From Macrostomum lignano (Eukaryota): DNA of 64,000 nt. Each line of letters starts with the position of its first letter. Position 1 is the stretch's first letter. Both the position numbers and the translations under genes were made by a program. The notes below the pieces were generated by a model. The model worked only from the letters and a program-made list of their open reading frames with translations. It ran no database searches and was not told the origin of the DNA. The stretch covers positions 470,459-534,458 of the forward strand of contig NIVC01000312.1 of the NCBI GenBank assembly GCA_002269645.1, given 5' to 3'. Below, one piece after another: positions 46,101 through 57,860 of this stretch.

Positions 46101-48838
46101 TGTCTCAATGTCAAAAGTCTTCGACATGTTACAAAATTAACAAGATTTGTCAGTGACAGCTCTTTCAGCTCATAGCAAATCTGAATGTCTTCTCTACCGA
46201 TAGTTTGAGAGCTTAGAGCTGCTTTTGTTAATTCCAAAGCGCGCCAGGTTTATATTGATTTGGCTATGATCGGTCTCGTCGTTTACACCAAACTATAACG
46301 GGCGGTGTGGCAGGAGAAGAACGAAACGGTATTAAGAAATGTGAGTACTGCTCATATGAGCACTCTCTTCCCTAGCCTCCTTTTGCTTCCTTCCCCGTTT
46401 CCATTCCTGCGCCCCAATCGAGTAAAGCGCTCAAAGACTCTCGAGTACATTGAGGACATGCGCTTAGGGCGCTTTGTCTTTTCGTTGTTTTGCGGTATTG
46501 CAGATCCGATTTCAAGTACACTTTTGACAATTCAGTCCAGCCACCCTGACATCCGTTCATAGACCTCTGACATCCAGTCCAACCAATCCTAGCATCCATC
46601 CATAGACCTCTGACATCCAGTCTAGCCAATCTTAGCATCCATCCATAGACCTCTGACATCCAGTCTAGCCAATCCTAGCATCCATCCATAGACCTCTGAC
46701 ATCCAGTCCAGCCAATCCTAGCATCCATCCATAGACCTCTGACATCCAGTCTAGCCAATCCTAGCATCCATCCATAGACCTCTGACATCCAGTCTAGCCA
46801 ATCCTAGCATCCATCCATAGACCTCTGACATCCAGTCCAGCCAATCCTAGCATCCATCCATAGATCTCTGACATCCAGTCTAGCCAATCCTAGCATCCAT
46901 CCATAGATCTCTGACATCCAGACCAGCCAATCCTAGCATCCATCCATAGACCTCTGACATCCAGTCTAGCCACCCTGACGTTCGTGCTTGCATATCTGAC
47001 ACCCAATCTAGCCATTCTGACATAAGTTTTTAGACCACCAATGAAATCGATTCTTGCACATCTGATATTCAAGCTAGCAACTCCGGTATCCGCCCAGACA
47101 ACTCTGATATCTAATCTAGCAACCCTGATATTGAAGCACAACTCTTAGCCCAAGTCCTGAACCAACTGTATGAACAAAATCAGCTTGTAGTTAATGCGCC
47201 AGCTAATTATAGATTTAAGCTCAGCAGCTGGAGAGCACAGACTAAAAGTGGGCTATCCCTTGGCGCGTGGCGAGTTGCCTAGCGCATAGAACTGCATAGT
47301 CTCTCTACTCAACAAAAAACACCCAATTGCGCAGCTTTATCTTAGAGTCTAGATCTTAGAGTCGCCTGATAAGAGACTGTTTCATACTATATAGATCAGT
47401 CCCACACACACGTACAGACGAGTATAGTGGAATAGCTTTTAAAGTGTCTGCCTCATTTTAATGTAAGATATACGTATTATTTCCTTATTTGAACAGTTGG
47501 AAAAATGACAGGCTATCTGAAGTCCGCTCGGTGATAAGCAAAGCGAGAATGGCAAACGAGGCGTCCCACATACGGTCGAGTGACGTAGTAATTTATGACC
47601 GCGATAGATACTAGAAAATTAATATTCTTGGATATCCGCATATATTTTTGGTTCATTTTAGTTAAAAAATTCATTCGAAATCCGCGAAGGTTTATTCTTC
47701 AACCTTTGTCTCTCACCCCTTCTTCTCTCACCCCTTCTTCTCTCACCCCTTCTTCTCTCACCCATTCTTCTCTCACCCCTTCTTCTCTCACCCCTTCTTC
47801 TCTCACCCCTTCTTCTCTCACCCCTTCTTCTCTCACCCCTTCTTTTCTCACCCCATAATCTCTCACTCATTATTCTCTCACACTTCCATCTCTCCCCTCC
47901 CTTAATCTTTCACACTTCCATCTCTCACCCCTTTATCTCTCACAATTCTATCTCTCACCCTTTAATCCCTCACACTTCCATCTCTCCCCCTTAATCTCTC
48001 ACCCTTTAATCCCTCACACTTCCATCTCTCCCCCTTAATCTCTCACCCTTTAATCCCTCACACTTCCATCTCTCCCCCTTAATCTCTCACCCTTTAATCC
48101 CTCACACTTCCATCTCTCCCCCTTAATCTCTCCCCCTTAATCTCTCACCCTTTAATCCCTCACACTTCCATCTCTCCCCCTTAATCTCTCACCCTTTAAT
48201 CCCTCACACTTCCATCTCTGCCGCTTAATCTCTCCCCCCTTTATCTCTCACATTTCCAAATCTCACCGCTTTATTTTTCACCCCTTCATCTCTCACACTT
48301 CCAAATCTCACTCCTTAATCTCTCACCCCTTCATCTTTCACACTTCCATCTCTCACCCCTTAATATCTCACACTTCCATCTCTCACCCTTCATCTCTCAC
48401 CCCTTAATCTCACACCCCTTAATCTCTCACCCCTTCATCTCCTACTCTTTTATCTCCCATCCCTTCATCTCCCACCCCTTCATCTCTCACGCTTCCATGT
48501 CTCACTTTTTGATCTCTCACCCTTCATCTCTTCCCCTTCTCTTATTTTCCAATACTTAATTTCTCATTCTATAATCTAAAAAATGAACAATCCGATACAT
48601 TGAAATAATTTCAATTATGATAGTTTCTGTGTCTGCACTAAGTTTATCTGAAACCATGCAAGCAATGGCAAATTGATATATTGATAAATCACGTGCTAAA
48701 AATAGTTAATTTTGAGTAGCCATACTACAGAAATGGGTATACTTGTAACAGTAAGCAAAATGAGAATAAACTGAATGAAAACTCACTTGTGTCATTGTCC
48801 CACTGAGCCTCATGAACAGAGTAACGATGCGCTGCCAT
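40137..48838 (-). CDS. Slco: Organic anion transporting polypeptide (OATP/SLCO), ~747 aa
   Basis: Exons 48838-48787, 45928-45768, 45485-45038, 44620-43785, 43300-43113 and 40695-40137. Phases are compatible, summing to 2244 nt. Motifs: TSIERRFDLQSVEAGMIASTYDIG, LHGIGGAPFFTLAVSYLDDN, WVGAWWIGF, Kazal-like C.C...PVCSADG..FSPCFAGC, and RLLGSIPAPLLLG.LID..C..W...CG..G.C..Y. Confidence 0.93.
40735..41225. repeat. 30-bp minisatellite GGTCTACAGGTAGGTTTAGGTTGGGGCTAA
   Basis: Directly visible, next to the last OATP acceptor. Confidence 0.95.
41790..42500. repeat. 20-bp minisatellite GGCGCCCCTGTCTCTTGGTG (reverse complement of the 21650 family)
   Basis: Directly visible. Confidence 0.95.
43455..43640. 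repeat. 21-bp minisatellite GATTTCCATTTTGGCCCCATA
   Basis: Directly visible, intronic. Confidence 0.92.
44735..45005. repeat. ~31-bp minisatellite CAGATTGAGTGATTCAGGTAGCACACGATCC
   Basis: Directly visible, intronic. Confidence 0.9.
45580..45750. repeat. 14-15-bp GCACCAGGGGC(GCCA/TTTA) repeats
   Basis: Directly visible, intronic. Confidence 0.85.
46560..46975. repeat. 43-bp minisatellite ATAGACCTCTGACATCCAGTCTAGCCAATCCTAGCATCCATCC (~9 units)
   Basis: Directly visible. Confidence 0.93.
47705..48545. repeat. Pyrimidine-rich compound repeat (18-bp TCTCTCACCCCTTCTTCT, then longer degenerate units)
   Basis: Directly visible. Confidence 0.9.
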
Positions 48839-49339
48839 TTCGGATTCCCCTAAAGTTTGTTGGAAGCTTTTAGAATCTTATATCTGAAATTTATCATAAT
48901 TTTGATATTCGACACAGAAAGAGTTCTCTCATCTACTAAAAATTCGAATTTGTGAGCATACTCACGCCAATCTCCGGGAAACCAGTTCTGTCCAGAGTTT
49001 TCTAGTCTTCTAGCCACTATTGGGGCGTTTGCTCAGTCAACAAAGCCCGACGGCAGAGAGAGACTTGGCACTAAAATAGAGTTGAGTTGCGGTCGTCCCC
49101 GACACGCTGCCCAAGGGCTACGGCCAATCCTGAGCGAGCTCAGGGTCTCCTGTGCACACTCAGCGCTTAGTAAGTTTTATTATTAAACATGGAGGTCAGG
49201 CGGTTTCTAGTTTCATAAATAACTACAGCTGGCCATGACTCAACGCGTTTATAAGGGGCGAATTTTTCAACTCGACTCAACTGTGAAAATAACAACAACA
49301 GGGCTGACAGCCCTAGTTCATTGTCCCACAATTCTGCCC

Positions 49340-49465
49340 ACTCACACGCTCACTTTTCAATCGTCAGAAATGTACGCCCTCGGCGCCTTAGGCAGCGCGC
49401 ACGGGATTGAACCAGCTGGGTCGCGGTACGAGAACCAGACGCATTCACCGCTGAGCTGCTCTGGA
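49340..49465 (-). mobile_element. SINE family A copy with a tRNA-like head
   Basis: The reverse complement reads cagagcagctcagcggtgaatgcgtctggttctcgtaccgcg...ggttcaatc (A and B boxes), matching 52758-52815. Confidence 0.7.
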
Positions 49466-49885
49466 AATTGCGCAGTTAGAAATTCAGAGTTTGAAATTAT
49501 TCAAAAATTTATTTATCGATTTGGGCCGAAGTTCAGTCCAGGAATTCTTTAAATTCATCAAAATATCCCCTTACTAATAAAAGAAGGAACACAGTCATTG
49601 CTTTCAGCCAAAGAGTTTATTTCTAATTTAGTTTTATTGCATTTAAAAAAATGTTTTTTTCAAGAGGCTTAAATATTTTTTTTTCAGAAACATTTTCTTG
49701 TTTTACTGTCTTATGAAAAGTAGATTCAAAATAGCATTGAATGGAATTTATCCAACTGTATTAAAGAATGCGGCAAGAATTTCTTGTAACTCACTTGAAA
49801 TATTAGAACCGATTGAAAATTAGCCAGCCAATTTTTTTAAACTCGATATTTTTCAAAATTTTCAAGAAAAGAGTCAGAAAGCACC

Positions 49886-52057
49886 ATGTGGGCACACAAA
49901 CTGCTACTGTTAGCTTTGATTCCAATTTTTGGCAGCTTCGAAGCTGACGCCGCACTCACAAGGCCGGACTGTAAGGATTAATCATTTTTTCTGTCTGCAT
50001 TCTTCGTTCAATGCAACTTCTGCTTGGTATTGACTTAGCTAAATATAATGCTGAGATTCGGGAGCTCAATAGTTGTTGCTGAGATTCGGGAGCTCAATAG
50101 TTGTTGCTGAGATTCGGGAGCTCAATAGTTGTTGCTGAGATTCGGGAGCTCAATGGCAGTTGCTGAGATTCGGGAGCTTAATGGCAGTTGCTGGGATGTC
50201 AGGAGCTCGATGGTAGTTGCTGGGATGTCAGGAGCTCAATGGTAGTTGCTGGGATGTCAGGAGCTCAATGGTAGTTGCTGGGATGTCAGGAGCTCGATGG
50301 TAGTTGCTGGGATGTCAGGAGCTCAATGGTAGTTGCTGGGATGTCAGGAGCTCAATGGTAGTTGCTGGGATGTCAGGAGCTCAATGGTAGTTGCTGGGAT
50401 GTCAGGAGCTCAATGGTAGTTGCTGGGATGTCAGGAGCTCGATGGTAGTTGCTGGGATGTCAGGAGCTCAATGGTAGTTGCTGGGATGTCAGGAGCTCAA
50501 TGGTAGTTGCTGGGATGTCAGGAGCTCAATGGTAGTTGCTGGGATGTCAGGAGCTCAATGGTAGTTGCTGGGATGTCAAGAGCTCAATGGTAGTTGCTGA
50601 GATTCAGTAGCTCAATGGTAGTTGCTGGGATGTCAGGAGCTCAATAGTTGTTGCTGAGATTCGGGAGCTCAATGGTAGTTGCTGGGATTCAGGAGCTCAA
50701 TGGTAGTTGCTGAGATTCAGGAGCTCGATGGTAGTTGCTGGGATTCAGGAGCTCAATGGTAGTTGCTGAGATGTCAGGAGCTCGATGGTAGTTGCTGGGA
50801 TGTCAGGAGCTCAATGGTAGTTGCTGGGATGTCAGGAGCTCAATGGTAGTTGCTGGGATGTCAGGAGCTCAATGGTAGTTGCTGGGATGTCAGGAGCTCA
50901 ATGGTAGTTGCTGGGATGTCAGGAGCTCAATGGTAGTTGCTGGGATGTCAGGAGCTCAATGGTAGTTGCTGAGATTCAGTAGCTCGATGGTAGTTGCTGG
51001 GATTCAGGAGCTCATATCAGCCAAGTGGTATTGGATGAATGAGTCTCATTTGATTATAACAGTGTTAAAAGTCATTCAAAGCATATGCTGGCTGAACTTG
51101 CTACTCAAACAGGGAATTACATCGGCTGCTTCCGGAATACGGCGGTAGACTTTGTAAAGGTTCAGTCCAGCTCCGCCGTGAAGATGACTCGAGAAGTCTG
51201 CCGAAGTGAATGCATTCGGCGAGGCAAAACATTTTTCGGTCTTAGCGGCGGCGCCGAGTGCAGCTGTCGCGGCCTGTTCCAGAAGAAAGACGAGAAGGAT
51301 GCTTGGTTCTGCAAGCTGCGCTGCGAAGGCGACAGCTCACAGACTTGCGGCGGGCCTGATTTTACAGACGTTTTTCAGGCATATAATCTGCTCGTGCCGA
51401 AAATCCCAGGTGAGTTGTCCTATTGAATAGAATAATCAGACACATTTTATGTTATGTATTTTTAAAGCATTTTTAGCACGGAATTTCCAATTTTTCGCTT
51501 TCTGGACTTCCATATTGAAAATGAAGCAAGTGTGTGTTTTTAGTCATACCGCTGTAGACTCTGTGTGAGCGTGTGCATGAGTGTGTTCCTTCATTTTCCT
51601 GCAATTATTATTAGCCTGATTGTTTTTTTACGATTATTCGATTATCAAGGTCACTCATATGTCTCAGTTGATCATACGCATTTCGAACCCATTTAACTAA
51701 CTTCTATAGGCGATATCTCCCTAATCCAATTCCAATGACCTTTTTTCGACCTTGACGATCCAATTTGTAGCACAAAGAATCGGTTGCTTTCCGAAAGACG
51801 GCTACGGTTCATTCAGACTGACTCAGAGAGCCAAAAATATATTCATGACTCATGAATATTGCGCCAATGTCTGTCTTCAGACAAAAAGCAAATACTTCGG
51901 CTTGTCTGACACTGACACCTGCTCTTGTGCACGCTCCAATACTACGGAAGTCTACGAAAGTACCGACTGCGGCTGGCGTTGCAGGGGCAACTATGCCGAA
52001 GACTGCGGCGCTGACAGCAGCGTGGCGGTGTTTAAGCTGGAGGAAATGTATGTCTAG
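49886..52057 (+). CDS. Secreted protein with two WSC domains (~223 aa)
   Basis: Exons 49886-49970 (signal peptide MWAHKLLLLALIPIFGSFEADA), 51113-51409 (WNYIGCF...C...C...FFGL..G.ECSC...C...C.GD....CGG) and 51771-52057 (second WSC); all junctions phase 1. Confidence 0.88.
50050..51015. repeat. 29-bp minisatellite GCTCAATGGTAGTTGCTGGGATGTCAGGA (~33 units)
   Basis: Directly visible; fills intron 1 of the WSC gene. Confidence 0.95.
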
Positions 52058-52380
52058 CTGCATTGGCTAGAAGCTTTGTAAGACGCAAAAACGACAACTA
52101 ACTGTCTCAGCTGCTCTGTTAAGGTCTTTTAAGGTCTAAAATTAAATATATATAATCAACTAAATTTCAAGCCAATTCCGAACTAAGTCTTCAATGAAAT
52201 TGTGTTTGCTTATTATTAATTTTGCTATCCACTGATCCAGATCCTAAGACAAATGCAGGACCGTCCGAATTTTATTACCGACATAAGAATAGTTTATGAA
52301 TTCAAGATACTGTATGGCTTAACTTGAAATTAAATAATCCAAGTCAACTCCAATCTTTGCACAAGTATGGGGTCAATTTA

Positions 52381-52530
52381 TACTTGGCAACACTGAAAAT
52401 CGCCACCCCTGACGCAATGTGCCTGGGTGAGAGTTGGAAAACCTTGCGTCATTGCAGTGTAGTGAACTGAATTAAGTCAATCGCTCTGTCTAACACCCTA
52501 GAGTGGCGGTTTTCAATGCCATTGAGTGTA
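52381..52530. mobile_element. Putative 150-bp MITE with imperfect ~28-bp terminal inverted repeats (TIRs)
   Basis: Left end tacttggcaacactgaaaatcgccac versus right-end reverse complement tacactcaatggcattgaaaaccgccac. Confidence 0.5.
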
Positions 52531-52757
52531 TGTGTATACAGTATATCACGAACTTCTCTTAAACAAATGCTTAAATAAATGCTTAATCCACATGGCTCTA
52601 GAAAACATGCGAGTTTAAATACACGAGTACATGTGTCGACGTGCCATCGGGGAAGTGCAAATTTGCCAGCAGACGCTAATCATTGTCTCTATTGACTTTC
52701 GAAAAGCGTTCGATTCGGTGTTGAAAGCTACGCTCCCCGTCTCCCGATAGTCCAAAG

Positions 52758-52990
52758 GCAGAGCAGCTGGTGGTAAACGCATCTGATTCTCGTACCGCGG
52801 ACCAAGGTTCGATTCGGTACTCGGCCACATTAATTTGAGGCTTGTGCACAAAAAATTGGTCTGGGAGTTGTGCGATTCACGGGCATGAGGGCCGACGGTC
52901 AAGGCGCAGAGAGTTGATATTTTTGACGATTAGAAAGACTAGGCCCTTGTACATCTTGTGTGATCGTGTGTATGAGTGAGTGCCCGCTAG
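52758..52990 (+). mobile_element. tRNA-derived SINE family A, most complete copy
   Basis: A-box-like gcagctggtgg and B-box ggttcgattc (52806-52815); the 3' body is shared with copies at 18655, 21075, 22915 and 49340. Confidence 0.75.
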
Positions 52991-54146
52991 CTTAACTTTA
53001 CTGAGCTGCAGGGTGGTCCGTAGACACTGCTTGGAAGCGAGGGTCGCCCATTCCGCTGGCCCACGAAGACTGGCAGAGGCTTGGGGCCGGTCAGGGTCGT
53101 CCGCCAGTCCGTCCTGCAGCGTGACATTCCGTAGGGAAGAACTTGGCTCATCTTGTCGCCCGGAGGAACTTTCTGAGCCGTGGGATGCTGTCGAGCTGGC
53201 AGACCTTGTCAATAGAAAGGCTCGGCCCGAGGTAGCGTAGCCGGTCTCTGTTGAAGAAAGGGCACTGACAGACAAAGTGCTGAGCATCTTCGTTGTCGTA
53301 TTCGAAAATAGAACAAAGTTCGCTCTCGAGATCGCCTTGGAGAAAAAAGTGACTGGCTAGATAGCCATGCCCGGTAAAGGTCATGACAAGGGCTCGAATA
53401 TTGGTTGAGAAGTACATTCCTTTGCCTTCGAGAGGGGGGCACAAAACCGCGGCACAAAAGCGCGGGACGTGATAGGTGGGGTGCTTGCCTATCTGTCCCA
53501 GTGAACGGAATCAGCCCAGTCGTCCATCTGACGATTAGGATTAGAAAGGATTAGGGACCAGGGGCTCAGGGCCGCCTACGAAGGAGCCAGAGCCGCTCGT
53601 TTTGGTGAGGTTGTCTTCCGAGGTTGAAACCCTGCCTGCCCTGGAATCCACTTCAGTCGGACAGTATTGCTACTGGCCGGGAGGTTAAGCTGCTGGGTGC
53701 AGTCAGCGACTGTCTTAGTGGTGTGGCAAAGGGCCTGTAAGGCCGCTTGGCTGTCAGAGTCGATGACGATATTCTCTCCTCTTGTACCCTCGGCATTCAG
53801 CTCTGTAGCACAGGAGCTGACAGCAAGGACTTTGTTCTGGAAGACCGTGGAGAGTCTGCCAGTGTGCTGGCATGCGTGGCAATGACGCGGCCGTTGATGA
53901 TGATACAAACCCCAAAGCCAGCGTAGTGTCTTTGATGGATTCGTCCGTGTACTCGTAACAGTGGACCTCCTGAAAATTCCAGTGGTCAGTGACAGCATCC
54001 CTTGAGGGGATGGTGACCTTGTAGCGCTGAAAGAGGTTAAAAGTGCTTAGCACACTGTCAAATAAGACGTGGAACCCGCCGCCATTCTCAAGTATTTGAG
54101 GCAGAGGTCGGCGTGAGGAAGGAGCTTGCGCTTAGCCATGGCCCTA
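52991..54146 (-). mobile_element. Degenerate 3' copy of the same LOA/R1-like LINE as 10568-12800
   Basis: Strong nucleotide and peptide similarity (NLFQRYKVTIPSRDA, IRALVMTFTGHGYLA, DAQHFVCQCPFFNRDRLRYLGP, gtgtctacggaccaccctgcagct); several indels. Confidence 0.92.
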
Positions 54147-54199
54147 TCAGACAGTAGTAGCGGCAGCAAAAGTTATTGAGCTCAGACTGCGAAGCAAAC

Positions 54200-55100
54200 A
54201 CATGCGCGAGGCGGCATCAGCAAAAATCTGCATGCGACCAGGAAGGTGAAGGCCTCCAAACTGATGATGTTCCTGATGCAAAGCAGAGCCACAGTCTGGT
54301 TTAAGCAGCGTTGAAGGCCTGCGATTCCTCCAACACCTGTAGGAACCGCGGGTCACAACAGCTCAGCCAGCCGATTGGTCATGCCAGCCGCTGCGGTGCT
54401 GTCGCTGTAAATGACAATCTTGCAGGTTGTTGAGCTGAAAGCGACGGTGCAGGATAATCAGCAAAGGTGCCAGAGCCTCCTTGAAATTGATATGAACATC
54501 CTTGAACACACCACCACAGTCCAGGTCCCAGTCGATGATACTTTAGAAACTCTCGGCACCCCAGATGACAGCGGCTATGCCTGCCCGGCTGTTGTCAGTC
54601 TCCATGGCAAACTCCTCATCGAAGCGCGCGGCCACAAAGCAACCGGGTAGCCAAGCCAGGAATCTGAGTCACCAAGAAAGGTTGGCGCGGGTCTCATCGG
54701 TCATCCAAAGCTTGCAGTCAACAGCTGTCAGCCAGTCGAAGAGCGGGCGCAGGAAGACTCTGACATGAGGAACAATCTGACAGAACCAGCCAAGGTTGCC
54801 AATAAACTTCTGAGCAGAGCGCAGGTGCACCCAAGTCTCCAAGCAGGTCTGCCAGCTGCTGGTCAGTGCAGTACTTGGTGTGCTTCTGCTGGTCGTAGCA
54901 GTCGTTGACAGACTGGCCGGTCGGATAGGACAGGTCATAAATCAAGCGGACCCTCCCGTCGGACTTGGGAACGGCGCCGATTGGGATGGCTTTGATTGGG
55001 CCGCTCCACCGAATGTATCGAATGCACCGATAACGCGTTGCATCAGAAAGTCGCGGTCTGGGTCATCGCTGAGCAGAGCACTCCAGGCGTCGGGTTGCAG
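54200..55100 (-). mobile_element. DIRS/Ngaro-type retroelement remnant (RT start + RNase H)
   Basis: IPIGAVPKSDGRVRLIYDLSYPTGQSVND; LRSAQKFIGNLGWFCQIVPHVRVFLRPL; TDNS.AG; HINFKEALA; IYSDS; HLPGRMQIFADAASR. Frameshifted and internally deleted. Confidence 0.8.
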
Positions 55101-55244
55101 GTCAGACGAGATGAGCAGCGAAGAAATAAAATGGGCTTTATTTTATCTTTAAGAAGTAAAGTAAGACGTAGAATTTCTTAGCTGTCAAGGCCCATGGCAA
55201 TGGGGCGTGAACTGCTGAGTTGTCAAGGCTGATGGGGTTATATC

Positions 55245-55480
55245 CAAAATGGGGTTGGGGTTGCGGTCGGGGTTGGGGTTGCGGTCAGGGTTGGGGTTGC
55301 TGTCGGGGTTGGGGTTGCGGTCGGGGTTGGGGTTGCAGTCAGGGTTGGGGTTGCGGTCGGGGTTGGGGTTGCGGACAAGGTTGGGGTTGCGGTCGGGGTT
55401 GGGGTTGCGGTCAGGGTTGGGGTTGCGGTCGGCGTTGGGGTTGCGGTCAGGGTTGGGGTTGCGGTCAAGGTTGGGGTTAA
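55245..55480. repeat. 18-bp G-rich minisatellite GGGTTGGGGTTGCGGTC(G/A)
   Basis: Directly visible. Confidence 0.95.
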
Positions 55481-55899
55481 AGCATAAAAGAATCCGCAAA
55501 GGAACAAAGAAATTTGGCGTCATTCTAAAGCGGCATGTTTCTTATTTCTAATAAATTAATTTCCCAAGCCATGGGAGAAGTGGGGTTGCTACAGATGAAG
55601 GCTGCCTTGAATGTTTATAATGAAATGACCGAAATTCACGCGATAAAAGTTTTTTTTAGAAAAAAGAAACGTACCACTTTAAAACGTAATAGACGTTCTG
55701 TTTGCAGCCGTTTCCAATCCTGCTCGCAATAAATTTTTAACTTTCAGAATTTTCCGGATACTCCTCGTATGAGAAAATGCTGAAGTACTTACTAGCTATA
55801 TGAGCGGGTATAATTTCAAGCATAATTTGGGAAATTTTTATATATAAAACAAAGCCAATGTCTGGCACTCCTTGTGGTTATTACGATGTTTAAGCCTAA

Positions 55900-56205
55900 G
55901 GAGGTTGAAACCCAGTGGTCAGAGCGTCGGACTCGCGACTTGAAGGTCGGGGGTTCGATTTCCAATCCCAACTGGAACACTTTGTGTCCTTGAGCAAGAC
56001 ACTTAATTCTGCATTGCTTCAGTTCACCCAGCTGTAAAATGGGTGCCAGCATTAGCTGGGGTAATTGAGGGTGTGCGTGGCGACCCCCCAGTCCTTGGAC
56101 AGCCGTACGCAGCCTTCAGATGCGCAGCGCAAAAGCCCAGCTGAGCTGTCGGTTGCACATCTGGCCCAATTAGGCGGCAGGTGTTATTATTAGTGGTTAT
56201 GATTA
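55900..56205 (+). mobile_element. tRNA-derived SINE family B with a CORE/Meta-like central domain
   Basis: A box cccagtggtcagagc, B box ggttcgatttcc, central tgtgtccttgagcaagacacttaa...cacccagctgtaaaatgggt, and a (TTA)n-like tail. Confidence 0.75.
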
Positions 56206-56485
56206 TTCTGGTTCCGTTTTTTGTCTGTTTATTTGATGACTAAGTGCCCTTAACTAGTCGTATGAATTGAATTCATATAGCTCTGAGGTGATTATGTCAA
56301 AAAAATTACAAAATAAGTCAACACGGAGTGTAACTCAATTGCATAATTTTTTTATGCAGATCTTAAATATTTTAGATTGTACTCAGCACTGTTTGTAGCG
56401 CTTGAACATTTCTATTTTGCTGTTAGACATGGTGTTAAAATTTCTGTCAAATTCGAATTATTTAGTAGCTACTCAGGGCTCAGGT

Positions 56486-57860
56486 CTATATCTCTTCAGT
56501 AAGCAACTCGAATATTTCCATTGCGATTGAACCGCCACACTTTTGTCCAAAATGGTAATTCTTGCATTGGGCATTGCAATATTTCTTCTTGTCTAATGGC
56601 GCTTTGTTTAGTATTTCATCGCCACAGAAGCATAGGTCCCCATTTGCTAGACCAAAATATTTGTATGAATATTTCAAGCAGCTTTCAGCACACGTTTTTT
56701 GGCTCATCAGTTTGAAAGTTTCTTCAACTTTGTAATGTAGTATTACTTCATCTTTTCTCCAGTAAAAACATCCCAATGATGGCGCTTAAAGGACCACAAA
56801 AGTGTGACTCTGTATATTTTCGACAGCTAAAGCAAACGGCTACGGTTTGTAGAAATGGCTATCCGCTTACCTGGCAGTACTGGAACCACAGTATTTTGCA
56901 TTTTGTAGACGCTCAAAAAATGTTTGCCACCACAAGATTTTGCGGCGTCTCCCGGACACCTAAGATCGCAAAAAAAATCACCCATCAGATTTGATCTGAT
57001 TTGGTTTCCGCAGTAACAACTTTCTTTTTGTATTCCAAAATATTTTTTACTATTTTTTTCACATTCCGATGCGCATAGAAACGGCCTCATGCTGGAGTCT
57101 TTAGCGACGAATCGATCTAAAGCTTGCCCATGCTTAGAATGGGAATAACAACCCTTATAGTATTCTTCTGAAATGGGTTGGTAACGATTTCAATTTTGAT
57201 TGTTAGAAAACGTACCGGCAGGTTTAGAGATTTAATAGACACTTACTTTTCAGATCTGAAATTAAGATGGGAGCTCTGTAATTGTTTGTAAAATCTATAT
57301 ATTTAAAATACCGGTGCTCCGAAGTAAAACACAAAGTCAAAATAAAAATCAGACGCGTAGTCAGAATTTTTTCACGGGGGATACAACTGGTGAGACTACC
57401 GATTATTAGTACTGCTTAAGGTAACTTTCATTAAAATTAAGATGTATGAGTACTACAATATAATACAGGGTGGCCCACGCAACGCGCCAATTTTGTCAAC
57501 ATTTTTGCGAATGACACAAGTTATTAACGTTTTACTTTGAATCGCGCGTTACGTGGGCCACCCTGTATAATATACAATATATAATAACTGCAAAGCTAAT
57601 GCTAAAATAATTGATAAAAAACTTAACTTTGCAAAATTACCTTCACTTAGTAGCTAATCTAGCAAATAAATACCCATTTTGCATTGGAATGACGAGTAGA
57701 CACTTACCGTAGTGGCCTGAAAATTAAAGGCAGAGCCAGTTTAATTCTAATGCATAGCTTCATAAAATAAAATCCATACTAGTCTAGATAAAAGAGACTT
57801 ACCTCCGAAGACGCTTGAACTCGCAGCAAAAAGGATCAGAGCAAGAGTTGAGAACTGCAT
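56486..57860 (-). CDS. Second secreted two-WSC-domain protein (~220 aa) with a 9-nt microexon
   Basis: Exons 57860-57803 (MQFSTLALILFAASSSVFG), 57716-57708 (ttttcag|GCCACTACG|gtaagt), 57167-56871 (YYKGCY...CGG) and 56784-56486 (LGCFY...KYFGLANGDLCFCG...CGG); all phase 1, 663 nt. Confidence 0.87.
57466..57565. mobile_element. 100-bp Tc1/mariner-type MITE, TA-flanked
   Basis: TA|CAGGGTGGCCCACGCAACGCGC...GCGCGTTACGTGGGCCACCCTG|TA. Confidence 0.85.
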
